64,000 nucleotides of DNA from an uncultured delta proteobacterium (GTDB lineage: Bacteria > Desulfobacterota > Desulfuromonadia > Geobacterales > Pseudopelobacteraceae): the NCBI GenBank assembly GCA_963772835.1, contig CAVYYZ010000005.1:32001-96000 (forward strand). The letters run 5' to 3'. Of the stretch, positions 37,351 to 48,233 are shown in pieces. A model generated the notes under the pieces. It did no database searches. It saw only the letters and a program-made list of their open reading frames with translations, and was not told where the DNA came from. Both the position numbers and the translations under genes were made by a program. Within the stretch, counting starts at the first letter, position 1. Every line of letters starts with the position of its first letter.

Positions 37351-39054
37351 ATGAAAATGAACGGCGCTCGAATCATGCTGGAATGTCTCAAAAAGGAAGG
37401 GGTCGATACGATCTTCGGCTATCCCGGCGGCACGGTCATCAATATCTATGATGAACTCTTCAGCTTCAAGGAAATCCGCCATATCCTGCCGCGCCACGAA
37501 CAGGCCGGAACCCACGCCGCCGACGGCTATGCCCGTGCTACCGGACGGGTCGGGGTCTGCCTCGCCACATCCGGACCCGGTGCGACAAACACGGTCACCG
37601 GCATCGCCACCGCCTATATGGATTCGATTCCGATGGTGATTATCACCGGACAGGTGCCGACTCCGCTGATCGGCAACGATGCCTTTCAGGAGGTCGATAT
37701 TATCGGCATCACCCGCCCCTGCACCAAGCACAGCTTTCTGGTCAGGGATGTGAAAGACCTTGCCCTGATCATGAAGAAGGCCTTCTATATTGCCCGCACC
37801 GGCCGTCCCGGCCCTGTGCTGGTTGACCTTCCCAAGGATGTGCAGATTGCTCAGACAGAGTTCATCTATCCTGAAACGGTAGAGATCCGCAGCTACAAGC
37901 CTAATCTGGAGGGGCACCCCCGCCAGGTGGAAAAAGCCGTGGCAATGATGCTGGACGCACGCCGACCGGTCATGTATGTCGGTGGTGGTGCAGTTCTGGG
38001 CAATGCTTCGGAAGAGTTGACCGCATTGGCCCGCAAGTTGACAATACCGGTCACGACGACCCTTATGGGACTGGGCTCCTTCCCCGAGAACGACCCCAAT
38101 TCACTGGGCATGCTGGGTATGCACGGAGCCTACTGCGCCAACATGGCCATGACCAATTCGGATCTGATCATTGCCATCGGGGCACGCTTCGATGACCGGG
38201 TAACCGGCAAGCTGGGTACCTTTGCACCACATGCCAAGATTATCCATGTCGATGTGGATCCGACGTCCATCAAAAAGAATGTGCGCGTTGACCTGCCGAT
38301 CGTCGGCGATGTCAAGGATGTCCTGACCAAGATGATCAAACAGGCTGACAAGCTCAAGGACAAGGTATCTGAGTTCAAGGCTGCACTTGCCCCCTGGCAT
38401 GAGGACATCAGCGGCTGGAAGGAAAAACACCCCATCGGCTACAAGGAGAGCAGTACCATCATCAAGCCGCAGTTTGTCATCCAGAAACTGCGCGAACTGT
38501 CTGACGAAGACGCCATCATATCCACCGATGTCGGCCAGCACCAGATGTGGACGGCCCAGTTCTTTCAGTTCAACAAGCCGCGCACCCTGCTGACGTCCGG
38601 CGGTCTCGGCACCATGGGGTACGGTCTGCCGTCGGCCATGGGTGCCCAGGCGGCCTTTCCCGGGCGACAGGTCATCACCATCTGCGGCGATGGCGGTGTG
38701 CAGATGAACATCCAGGAGATGGCTACCCTGGTACAGAACAAGCTGCCGGTGAAGATCGTGATCCTCAACAACAACTTCCTCGGCATGGTGCGCCAATGGC
38801 AGGAGCTGTTCTTTGACAAGCGCTACTCCAGCACCTGCATGGAACTGCCGATCGACTTACGTCAAACTGGCGGATGCATATGGCGCCAAGGGTTTCAGCA
38901 CCTCCAAGCCGTGCTGACGTGGAAAAGGTCATCAAGGCGGGCTTTCAAGGAAAAAGGCCCGGTGATCATGGAATTCATGATTGCCCGTGAGGAAAAGGTT
39001 CTGCCGATGGTCCCGGCCGGGGCGGCGCTGAATGAAATGGTACTGAACGCTTAA
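37351..39054 (+). CDS. ilvB: Acetolactate synthase large subunit (three compensating +1 indels near 38858-38941)
   Basis: FGYPGG, RHEQ, GDGG...NNFLGMVRQWQ. The expected segment VKLADAYGAKG reads in another frame. Confidence 0.96.
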   Translation: MKMNGARIMLECLKKEGVDTIFGYPGGTVINIYDELFSFKEIRHILPRHEQAGTHAADGYARATGRVGVCLATSGPGATNTVTGIATAYMDSIPMVIITGQVPTPLIGNDAFQEVDIIGITRPCTKHSFLVRDVKDLALIMKKAFYIARTGRPGPVLVDLPKDVQIAQTEFIYPETVEIRSYKPNLEGHPRQVEKAVAMMLDARRPVMYVGGGAVLGNASEELTALARKLTIPVTTTLMGLGSFPENDPNSLGMLGMHGAYCANMAMTNSDLIIAIGARFDDRVTGKLGTFAPHAKIIHVDVDPTSIKKNVRVDLPIVGDVKDVLTKMIKQADKLKDKVSEFKAALAPWHEDISGWKEKHPIGYKESSTIIKPQFVIQKLRELSDEDAIISTDVGQHQMWTAQFFQFNKPRTLLTSGGLGTMGYGLPSAMGAQAAFPGRQVITICGDGGVQMNIQEMATLVQNKLPVKIVILNNNFLGMVRQWQELFFDKRYSSTCMELPIDLRQTGGCIWRQGFQHLQAVLTWKRSSRRAFKEKGPVIMEFMIAREEKVLPMVPAGAALNEMVLNA

Positions 39055-39086
39055 AACGATTACCTGAATTTCTGGAGGATTCTTCC

Positions 39087-39578
39087 ATGCAACATACAAT
39101 TTCAGTACTGGTAGAAAATGAATTCGGAGTGCTGTCACGTGTGGCAGGCCTGTTCTCCGGTCGCGGCTTCAATATCGATTCCGTTACTGTTGCCCCGACC
39201 AACGAAGAGGGCATGTCGCGCATGACCATTGTCACCCGCGGCGACGAGCAGATCCTGGAGCAGATCAACAAACAGCTCAACAAGTTGGTCGACGTCATCA
39301 AGGTCATCGATTTCACCGACGGCAGCGGTGTCGAGCGCGAATTGGCGCTGATCAAGGTTACGGCTGAGGATGAGAGCCGGGCCGAGGTCCTGCGTATTGT
39401 CGACATCTTCCGGGCCAAGATTATTGATGTCACCCCCAAGTCATATACCATCGAAGCAACCGGTAATCCGGTCAAGATTGATGCAATTCTCGACCTGCTC
39501 AGACCCCTTGGCCTGAAGGAACTGGTTCGTACCGGGGCGGTAGCCATCGGCCGCGGAGCCAAGGGATGGAAAGGGTAG
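39087..39578 (+). CDS. ilvN: Acetolactate synthase small subunit
   Basis: VENEFGVLSRVAGLFSGRGFNIDS ACT domain. Confidence 0.96.
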   Translation: MQHTISVLVENEFGVLSRVAGLFSGRGFNIDSVTVAPTNEEGMSRMTIVTRGDEQILEQINKQLNKLVDVIKVIDFTDGSGVERELALIKVTAEDESRAEVLRIVDIFRAKIIDVTPKSYTIEATGNPVKIDAILDLLRPLGLKELVRTGAVAIGRGAKGWKG

Positions 39579-39605
39579 CAGATCAACCGGTTTGTCATGA
39601 CTGTT

Positions 39606-39633
39606 CAGCCGCCTGGAAACGGGCGGCTGTTTT
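39606..39633 (+). terminator. Intrinsic terminator after ilvN
   Basis: CAGCCGCCTG-GAAA-CGGGCGGCTG followed by TTTT. Confidence 0.75.
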
Positions 39634-39735
39634 CGTACAAGGCGCCTTGTCCCCGCTGTGATAGCGGCCGAATCAGCTATTTACGTTGACAGTCGCAACC
39701 GGATGTAGTATCTGTATCGTTCGTTTTATGTATGA

Positions 39736-40794
<1,059 letters not shown>

Positions 40795-40812
40795 TTTCAC
40801 GTAGCACGTCAT

Positions 40813-40846
40813 GACACCCCTCTTCTGACCGGAGAGGGGTGTCTTT
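40813..40846 (+). terminator. Intrinsic terminator after ilvC
   Basis: GACACCCCTCT...AGAGGGGTGTC followed by TTT. Confidence 0.7.
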
Positions 40847-40858
40847 GCATGAGCATAT

Positions 40859-40927
40859 TAGAACTTTTTTGCTGCGGTATGCAGCGGTACATATCTTCGA
40901 TAACGCACGTATCCAGTTTATCTGGAC
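40859..40927 (+). promoter_or_regulatory. Two-hairpin element, copy 2 (candidate cis-regulatory RNA)
   Basis: 24-mer at 40902-40925 identical to 37261-37284; TTGCTGC/GCAGCGG stem. Confidence 0.55.
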
Positions 40928-40938
40928 CAGGCAGGTTT

Positions 40939-41598
40939 ATGAATAATTCATCCCCGTTTGCCCGAGAAGGTTACCCGTTTATCGCCTATTCTGTCGGGCT
41001 GACTGTGTTGCTGACTTTTTCCGCCTGGAAACTCTGCTCAGTAATTCTGGCCTTTCCTGCCGCACTTTCCCTGCTAGTGTCTCTGTTTGTACTCTATTTT
41101 TTCCGCAATCCGGAACGAGTAACACCAACTGACGTCACCGCGGTTATTGCCCCCGCTGATGGAGTCGTTATAGTCGCCGAACGGGTTCCGGAAACTCCTC
41201 TCGGCGTGGAAGCCTTGAAAATCAGTATTTTTATGTCCGTATTCAGTGTCCATGTCAACCGCACCCCTTTCGACGGCACGGTTATCGACACGTTTCATCA
41301 TGCGGGGAGGTTTTTCGATGCCCGTGACGGTCGCGCGTCCTGTGAAAACGAGCGCAACGGCATTGTGCTGGAGATTACCGGTGGTGTCCGGATCGCGTTC
41401 GTCCAGATTGCCGGTCTGGTGGCACGCCGCATTATCAGCTACCCGCTTGTCGGAGATATTTTGGTGCGTGGCGAGCGTTATGGCCTGATTCGCTTTGGGT
41501 CGCGGGTCGATGTTTATCTGCCGTGTGAAGTCGTACCTCTGGTAAAACTGGGTGATAAAACGGTGGCGGGTGAAACCGTATTGGCAAGAATCAGCTGA
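40939..41598 (+). CDS. psd: Phosphatidylserine decarboxylase proenzyme
   Basis: FFRNPER, APADG, HVNR, QIAG..ARRI and the FGSRVD cleavage motif. Confidence 0.95.
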   Translation: MNNSSPFAREGYPFIAYSVGLTVLLTFSAWKLCSVILAFPAALSLLVSLFVLYFFRNPERVTPTDVTAVIAPADGVVIVAERVPETPLGVEALKISIFMSVFSVHVNRTPFDGTVIDTFHHAGRFFDARDGRASCENERNGIVLEITGGVRIAFVQIAGLVARRIISYPLVGDILVRGERYGLIRFGSRVDVYLPCEVVPLVKLGDKTVAGETVLARIS

Positions 41599-41614
41599 TC
41601 AAGGAATCGATATC

Positions 41615-42424
41615 ATGAGCGTTGAAACTCCGGATGCAATGACCGATCGCAAAGAAAGCATAAAACGGGGAATTTATATTCTCCCCAATCTGATTACTGC
41701 CGCAAGCCTTTTTGCGGGCTTCTACAGTATGGTTGCCACGCTGAATGGCAACTACAAAACGGCTGCTATCGGGATCTTTATCTCTGCAATTTGTGACGGG
41801 CTTGATGGCAAAGTAGCCCGCATGACCGGTTCTACCAGTAAATTTGGTATCGAATTCGATTCTTTGGCCGACCTTGTTGCCTTTGGAGTTACCCCGGCAT
41901 TCCTCATGTATGCCTGGGCTCTCAAGCCATTCGGCAGACTTGGATGGGTTGCGGCGTTTCTTTTTCTTATCTGTGCCGCATTGCGGCTGGCCCGGTTCAA
42001 CGTGCAGGTTGATACCGTTGAAAGCAAACGCTTTGTCGGGCTCCCTACTCCGGCGTCCGCATGCATGGTAGCCGCAACGGTACTTCTTTTTTATCATTTC
42101 GGCTGGCCCAGTTCGTATAAGAAACTTGCCATTTTAGGGCTTATCTATCTACTGGCATTTCTTAATGTTTCCAACTTTAAATACAATTCATTCAAAGATC
42201 CGGCCCTTATAAAACGGCAGCCATTCGGGTTTTTACTGCTTGCCGTGGTACTGCTGATTGTCGTGGTCTCTGAACCGGTGGTGATGACATTCAGCATCCT
42301 GTTGCTGTACATCCTTTCCGGACCGATAGATTATATTATTTCCTGGCCGAGACGGCGCAGATTAGAGAAGGCGATTCACAAGGGGCATGAGGCGTTGAAC
42401 CGGGAAGGAGACGCCCAGCACTGA
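41615..42424 (+). CDS. pssA: CDP-diacylglycerol--serine O-phosphatidyltransferase
   Basis: LPNLIT, DGLDGKVAR...FDSLADLVAFG and LRLARFN; adjacent to psd. Confidence 0.95.
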   Translation: MSVETPDAMTDRKESIKRGIYILPNLITAASLFAGFYSMVATLNGNYKTAAIGIFISAICDGLDGKVARMTGSTSKFGIEFDSLADLVAFGVTPAFLMYAWALKPFGRLGWVAAFLFLICAALRLARFNVQVDTVESKRFVGLPTPASACMVAATVLLFYHFGWPSSYKKLAILGLIYLLAFLNVSNFKYNSFKDPALIKRQPFGFLLLAVVLLIVVVSEPVVMTFSILLLYILSGPIDYIISWPRRRRLEKAIHKGHEALNREGDAQH

Positions 42425-42566
42425 CAGACAGGATACATGCCGTCACAAAAGGTTCTCAGCTTCCTGGCGGGCTCCGAAATACAGACGACGTTACACAAAA
42501 CCATTTCAACAAACCACTGAAATGTTTTTACAATAGTAATGTACACGGATAGGATTCCCAACGTGA

Positions 42567-43037
42567 TTAATCCATGTCAAAAAGTCGGGAGGCAACACCT
42601 TCCGTTGTAATGGTCACTACGGCATAACTGCGGTGATAAGCAGCATTTGAGAGTGTTCCGGGGTTCACAAGCAGAAGACCTTCTCGATTTTCAAGCACAC
42701 CCTGGTGAGTGTGACCGAACAAAACCACATCAGCTCCGACTTCCTCCGCTCTCCGCAGTAACTTTGCCAGTCCGGACTTGACCTGGTGGGCATCCCCGTG
42801 TGTCAGCAGAATCCGCTTCCCCTCGCACTCCCACATGAGTTCTCGCGGAGCTTTTGAATCGGGGTCACAGTTTCCTGCAACGCTAATAACCGGAACATCC
42901 AGTGCGTTACGCAACTGATCCGCATCAGCGCTCCCATCACCGAGATGGATGACGGCATCAACCGGTTCGGAGCGGGTGCACGCGACAAAGGCACGTCCCA
43001 CGTCGCCATGCGTATCGGATATAACAAGAATCTTCAT
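42567..43037 (-). CDS. YfcE/MJ0936-type metallophosphoesterase
   Basis: SDTHG, HLGD, GNCD, THG, GHTH and NPG motifs. Confidence 0.93.
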   Translation of the reverse strand: MKILVISDTHGDVGRAFVACTRSEPVDAVIHLGDGSADADQLRNALDVPVISVAGNCDPDSKAPRELMWECEGKRILLTHGDAHQVKSGLAKLLRRAEEVGADVVLFGHTHQGVLENREGLLLVNPGTLSNAAYHRSYAVVTITTEGVASRLFDMD

Positions 43038-43098
43038 ACTGCAACTGTAACAGATGTGCTTCTTTCTCTAAAGATTTAATCTGATAAGGTGACCGGAC

Positions 43099-43980
43099 AT
43101 GAACAAAAAAATAGCCGTAATTTCCGCGTGCGTACTTGTTTCAGTCATGATTCTGTTTGCACTTTCCGTGAAAATTGCTTCAACTATAATCGGCACCGGA
43201 GAAAACAGAATTTCGACCAGAGAAGGAATCGGCCTGGTTGAAGTAAAAGGGATGATTCTCGACTCAAAAGATACGATCAGGCAGTTGAGATATTTCCTTA
43301 ACCAGGATGCCGTAAAGGTTGTCGTGCTGAGAGTGGATTCCCCCGGCGGGATTGTCGCACCGTCTCAGGAAATAAACGCCGAGGTAAAAAAATTCGCCGC
43401 TAAAAAGAAAATTATAGTTTCAATGGGGAGCCTTGCCGCATCCGGCGGATATTATATATCTGCGCCCGCAACTATGATTTATGCCAACCCCGGAACCATT
43501 ACGGCCAGCATAGGTGTGATTCTCAAACTGTCCAACATAGAATCGCTGATGGATAAAATCGGGATAAAGTCTTACACACTCAAAACAGGTAAATATAAAG
43601 ATTCCGGGTCTCCGATGCGACAATTTTCCGCTGAAGATCGTGCCATGCTGCAGGCGGTAATTGACAATACTCACCAACAATTTGTAAGGGCGGTTGCCGA
43701 AGGACGTAAACTGCCGGTTGAAGAGGTCCTGAAAATTGCAGACGGGAGGATTCTGACCGGAGAGCAGGCCAAGGAGCTTAAACTTGTAGATCGCCTGGGT
43801 ACACTTCAGGATGCGATTGAAGAGGCGGGCAGACTTGCCGGCATTTCAGGCGAGCCGGAATTACTGCTGCCACCGAAAAAGAAGGTCAATTACCTGGATC
43901 TTCTGGTCGAAGGAACGGAAGGAACGTTTAACGGACCGCTTGGACGGGCGGCGAGCGGAATGAGGATGATGTACGAGTAG
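43099..43980 (+). CDS. sppA: Signal peptide peptidase SppA (short type)
   Basis: DSPGG, AASGGYY, SIGV and GKYKD. Confidence 0.94.
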   Translation: MNKKIAVISACVLVSVMILFALSVKIASTIIGTGENRISTREGIGLVEVKGMILDSKDTIRQLRYFLNQDAVKVVVLRVDSPGGIVAPSQEINAEVKKFAAKKKIIVSMGSLAASGGYYISAPATMIYANPGTITASIGVILKLSNIESLMDKIGIKSYTLKTGKYKDSGSPMRQFSAEDRAMLQAVIDNTHQQFVRAVAEGRKLPVEEVLKIADGRILTGEQAKELKLVDRLGTLQDAIEEAGRLAGISGEPELLLPPKKKVNYLDLLVEGTEGTFNGPLGRAASGMRMMYE

Positions 43981-44038
43981 GGGCGCACTGCGTGCGCCCT
44001 TTTCAACCGTACCACGGGCGCACAGAGTGAGTCCCTGC
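43977..44038. repeat. GTAG-class REP doublet
   Basis: GTAG-GGGCGCAC-TGC-GTGCGCCC (43977-43999) plus a degenerate inverted copy GGGCGCACAGAGTGAGTCCCTGC (44016-44038). Confidence 0.7.
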
Positions 44039-44042
44039 GATG

Positions 44043-45095
44043 TTAGTTTCTGTTTTTCAGCCTGTCATGGGCATTAATCAGAATCTTTTCTGTAGTGGCC
44101 CAGTCAATACAGGCATCTGTAATTGAAACACCATATTTCAGCTGACTGATATCAGTAGGGATTTTTTGGCTGCCGGACTCAAGATTGCTTTCAATCATCA
44201 CCCCTGAAATAGAGTTATTGCCGGCCAGGATCTGATCGACAACACTTTCAAGAACTTCCGGCTGCTTCTGATAGTCTTTGCTTGTGTTCCCATGGCTACA
44301 GTCGACCATCATAGTCGGGAGCAGATTGTTTTTAATAAGCTGTTCTTCAGTGTGAGCAATATCCTCGGCGTGATAGTTGACTTTTTTCGATCCGCCACGC
44401 AGCACTATATGGACATCAGGATTACCACTGGTCTGTATGATTGAAGTCCTTCCCTCTCGATTGATGCCGAGAAAACTGTGGGGATGCTGTGCCGCCTTCA
44501 TGGCGTCAATGGCAATCTGAAGGTTGCCATCTGTACCGTTTTTGAAGCCGACCGGGAATGAAAGCCCACTGGACATTTCGCGATGTGTCTGGGATTCCGT
44601 TGTACGTGCACCGATTGCGCCCCAACTGATAAGGTCCGCTACATATTCAGGTGTGATTGGATCAAGCATTTCATTTGCGACCGGAACTTCAAGTGATGTC
44701 ATGCGGCTCAGCAGTCCGCGGGCAATGCCGAGTCCCTTCGAAATGAGATGCGTGCCGTTCATGTCCGGATCGTTGATCAGCCCCTTCCAGCCGATCGTGG
44801 TGCGGGGCTTTTCAAAATAAACCCGCATGATCAGCAGGAGCTGATTATTGACCTTACGCGAGAGCGCTGCCAGTTTTTCTGCATATTCCAGAGCCGCTTC
44901 AGTGTCATGAATCGAGCAGGGTCCGACGACAACCATCAGCCGCTTGTCCCGGCGCTGGATGATCTCTTTTACCTGTTCTCTGCTTCTGCTGACGAACGCT
45001 CGATCTTTTTCGGACAACGGGAAAACCTGCCGCAGGTCGGAAGGCGCGATTATTGGTGTGATGCCGGTAATTTTAAGATTATTGGTCTTGATCAC
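44043..45095 (-). CDS. DAHP synthase, class I-alpha (AroF/G/H family)
   Basis: GPCSIHD, EKPRTT, IGARTTESQ, DCSHGN and SITDAC. GTG start at 45095 after GGAG. Confidence 0.95.
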   Translation of the reverse strand: MIKTNNLKITGITPIIAPSDLRQVFPLSEKDRAFVSRSREQVKEIIQRRDKRLMVVVGPCSIHDTEAALEYAEKLAALSRKVNNQLLLIMRVYFEKPRTTIGWKGLINDPDMNGTHLISKGLGIARGLLSRMTSLEVPVANEMLDPITPEYVADLISWGAIGARTTESQTHREMSSGLSFPVGFKNGTDGNLQIAIDAMKAAQHPHSFLGINREGRTSIIQTSGNPDVHIVLRGGSKKVNYHAEDIAHTEEQLIKNNLLPTMMVDCSHGNTSKDYQKQPEVLESVVDQILAGNNSISGVMIESNLESGSQKIPTDISQLKYGVSITDACIDWATTEKILINAHDRLKNRN

Positions 45096-45318
45096 GTAAC
45101 GTATCTCCATTGCGGTAAATAAAATGATTTTCCGGCAATTATTACCCGGTTGGAAGGACTTTCCACCACCTTTACGGCAGATAAAAGATCGTACCACGTC
45201 ATAGGTGACGAGTGGTGTTATAGTAGTTTCAGTATCATGTTGTCAATGCTTCTCTGAATTAATCACTACTATATCAGCAGGTTAATATTACGAAACAAAT
45301 GTTGTAGCGGAGGGATTG

Positions 45319-45861
45319 ATGAAGCGCGCAGTATTTCTGGACCGGGACGGCACCATCAATGTGGAAAAAGAGTATCTGTGTCATATCGCAGATTTCGAAT
45401 TAATTCCCGGGGTTCCTGAGGCTATTCGGTTGCTCAACCGGGCCGATATACTGGTCGTGGTGGTAACTAATCAGTCAGGCGTCGCGCGGGGTTATTATAC
45501 GGAAGATGATGTTGAAAAATTGCACCGCCATATTTCCACTGTACTGGAACGCTACGATGCACATGTGGATGCCTGGCTTTACTGTCCCCATCACCCTGAG
45601 GGCCGAGGCAGCTATTCCCTGCCGTGCACATGCCGAAAACCATCTCCGGGAATGCTTCAGGAAGCAGCCCGGCGCTATGATATCGACCTGACAAATTCAA
45701 CAATGATTGGTGATAAACTGGCCGATATTGAAGCAGGAAGAGCTGCTGGATGCCGTTCTATTCTGGTCCGTACCGGATATGGTGTTCAAGAGGAGCAGTA
45801 TGTTGATTCTCAAACAACCGTTTCTGACGACCTGCTTTCAGCGGTGAAAGGTCTGATATGA
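45319..45861 (+). CDS. gmhB: D-glycero-manno-heptose bisphosphate phosphatase
   Basis: FLDRDGT, TNQSG, CPHHP...CRKP and IGDK. Confidence 0.92.
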   Translation: MKRAVFLDRDGTINVEKEYLCHIADFELIPGVPEAIRLLNRADILVVVVTNQSGVARGYYTEDDVEKLHRHISTVLERYDAHVDAWLYCPHHPEGRGSYSLPCTCRKPSPGMLQEAARRYDIDLTNSTMIGDKLADIEAGRAAGCRSILVRTGYGVQEEQYVDSQTTVSDDLLSAVKGLI

Positions 45862-46012
45862 GTTATTATTCGAATTTGACACCGTTCCGGATTACATGGT
45901 ACCTAATTCTCTTCACGGATTACGTGGGCTCCGAAGTTTTCCCCCGCAAAAAAGAGCAGAAGGCTGTCTCAATGTAATTCAATAAAATCATCTTTGATGG
46001 GAGAAATTACTC

Positions 46013-46909
46013 ATGACTCACGGCATAAAAAAAGGGATTATTCTGGCGGGTGGTGCCGGCAGTCGTTTGTTCCCCCTGACACTTGTTGCCAGCAAACAAC
46101 TGCAGCCGGTGTACGATAAACCGATGATTTATTACCCGCTGGCAACGCTCATGACAGCCGGAATAAAGGACATACTGCTGATTTCAACGCCACACGACAC
46201 ACCGCGGTTTGAGACTCTGCTGGGGGATGGTTCGCGATGGGGGGTAACTATTTCATACAAAGTGCAGCCGGAACCAAAGGGGATTGCCCAGGCATTTCTG
46301 GTTGGCGAAGAATTTATTGACAACCAGCCGGTCTGTCTGATTCTCGGCGATAATATATTTTATGGAAAGATGAACCTTGACAGAATCGTATCTGAATTCA
46401 CGACTGGTGCCCGGATATTTGGATATCAAGTCAACGACCCGGAGCGCTACGGAGTTGTTGACTTTGATGCAGACGGAAAAGTGCTGAGTATAGAGGAAAA
46501 ACCGCCACGCCCCAAATCACATTTTGCCGTACCCGGACTGTACCTCTACGACAAGAATATTGTTTCAGTGGCTAAGTCAATGAAGCCATCGCCCCGTGGC
46601 GAATTGGAAATTACTGATGTAAATCTCCATTATCTGCGATGCGGCGAACTGATGGTCGAACGGCTTGGACGAGGTATTGCCTGGCTCGATACCGGCACTC
46701 ATAAAAGTTTGCTGGAAGCCAGCAACTTTATAGAAACAATTGAATCAAGACAGGGATTGAAGATTGCCTGTCTTGAAGAAATAGCGCTGCGGCGGGGTTT
46801 TATCAATTGTCAGCAGATGTGCACGGTTATTGATGCCACGCCCGCCTCTTCATATAAGGAATATCTTCAGCGGGTATATAACGAATCCGGAACGTGCGGA
46901 ATTCAATAA
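46013..46909 (+). CDS. rfbA: Glucose-1-phosphate thymidylyltransferase
   Basis: [29 protein letters not shown] and WLDTGT. Confidence 0.96.
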   Translation: MTHGIKKGIILAGGAGSRLFPLTLVASKQLQPVYDKPMIYYPLATLMTAGIKDILLISTPHDTPRFETLLGDGSRWGVTISYKVQPEPKGIAQAFLVGEEFIDNQPVCLILGDNIFYGKMNLDRIVSEFTTGARIFGYQVNDPERYGVVDFDADGKVLSIEEKPPRPKSHFAVPGLYLYDKNIVSVAKSMKPSPRGELEITDVNLHYLRCGELMVERLGRGIAWLDTGTHKSLLEASNFIETIESRQGLKIACLEEIALRRGFINCQQMCTVIDATPASSYKEYLQRVYNESGTCGIQ

Positions 46910-46924
46910 CAAGAGATCGATTCC

Positions 46925-47746
46925 ATGGATTTTTTAAAAAAATATATGTATCCGCTGTTAACAGGAATCGGCATTCTCGTTGCGTTCCTTGTCTTTTCGC
47001 TGAATGTTCCCCGCAACCGGGAAGCAAATATCGTTGAACGTACTGTTCTCAGCGTATTGTCGCCTCTCCTCCAGCCGATTGCCAGAACGAGCGGTTTTGT
47101 TGAAGACATCTGGGACGGGTATATTAGCCTGTTTGACACTCACCGGGAGAATCTCCGGCTGCGCGAAGACATCCGGACTCTCAACCGCCGGGTTTTGGAA
47201 GGAAATGAAGCTTTCCTGGCAAACCAGCGCCTTGAGCGGCTTCTGGATATGAAGAAAACAATTAAAGAGCCGACCGTAGCTGCAACTGTTATTGGCGAGG
47301 ACATCACCGCGTGGTTCAGGACATTGGTAATCAATCGCGGTAGCTCGAGCGGCATCCGCGAAGGAATGGCAGTTATTGCAGCCGACGGGGTAGTCGGACA
47401 GACCGTTAAGGTTTCCGCTTCAACCTCGCGAGTTCTCTTGCTGACTGATCACGCCAGCGGGATCTCTGCAACAATTCAGCGATCCAGGGCAAGGGGAGTA
47501 GTCAAAGGTAGAAGCGAGATGCTCTGTACGCTTGAATTTACGACCCGTGAAGAAAATGTTAAAGTCGGGGACACAGTGATAACATCAGGGGTCGGCGGGA
47601 TCTTTCTGAAAGGGCTCCCGGTTGGCGAAGTCACAATGGTCAAAAGGGGTGAATACGGCATCTTCCAGACCATATCGATACGCCCTTCAGTTAATATCCC
47701 TCACCTCGAAGAAGTTCTGGTCGTGCTGCGGGGTGGGTATGAGTAG
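46925..47746 (+). CDS. mreC: Rod shape-determining protein MreC
   Basis: TM segment plus coiled coil; INRGS..G and VITSG.GGIF..G.PVG. Confidence 0.94.
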   Translation: MDFLKKYMYPLLTGIGILVAFLVFSLNVPRNREANIVERTVLSVLSPLLQPIARTSGFVEDIWDGYISLFDTHRENLRLREDIRTLNRRVLEGNEAFLANQRLERLLDMKKTIKEPTVAATVIGEDITAWFRTLVINRGSSSGIREGMAVIAADGVVGQTVKVSASTSRVLLLTDHASGISATIQRSRARGVVKGRSEMLCTLEFTTREENVKVGDTVITSGVGGIFLKGLPVGEVTMVKRGEYGIFQTISIRPSVNIPHLEEVLVVLRGGYE

Positions 47747-48233
47747 ACGGGCTGCGTTGCTGTTTTTCTGTCTCGTGATTGCTTCAATAACTGCCCAGGT
47801 GTCACTGATTCCTGTCTTTGTGCGTTCCCCCTTTAAACCTGACCTGCTGCTCGTCATTCTGGTTTTTATAGCTCTTCGATTTTCGTTCGCGATGGGGGCA
47901 CCCCTGGCCTGGCTGCTTGGAATGCTTAACGATGTCTGCAGCGGTTTGTATTTTGGGCTGAATGCAGTGACTTTTCTTATTTCATTTCTTGTTATCAAAC
48001 ATGTTTCGGACCGTTTGTATGCCGACAGCGCAACGTTGTTTGTCCTGACGGTTTCCGCCGTTACTCTTGCCGGATTTACATTGAATCTACTTTTGATGGT
48101 CATATTTACATCATCTCACGGGATCGCCTATTCCATGCTTTCAGATATTTTCCCACGCCTTCTGGTCAATGCTTTTGTAGCATCTATCGTTTCGGCATTC
48201 CCCGGATTTGACTGCCAATTGGAATCGCAATGA
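47739..48233 (+). CDS. mreD: Rod shape-determining protein MreD
   Basis: Hydrophobic; PDLLL and G...D...G..FGLNA; between mreC and mrdA. Confidence 0.9.
   Translation: MSRRAALLFFCLVIASITAQVSLIPVFVRSPFKPDLLLVILVFIALRFSFAMGAPLAWLLGMLNDVCSGLYFGLNAVTFLISFLVIKHVSDRLYADSATLFVLTVSAVTLAGFTLNLLLMVIFTSSHGIAYSMLSDIFPRLLVNAFVASIVSAFPGFDCQLESQ

Noticed and set aside
46013..47746. mreC preceded by rfbA rather than mreB
   Set aside because: As far as I recall, a similar order occurs in Geobacter, so it is not treated as novel.
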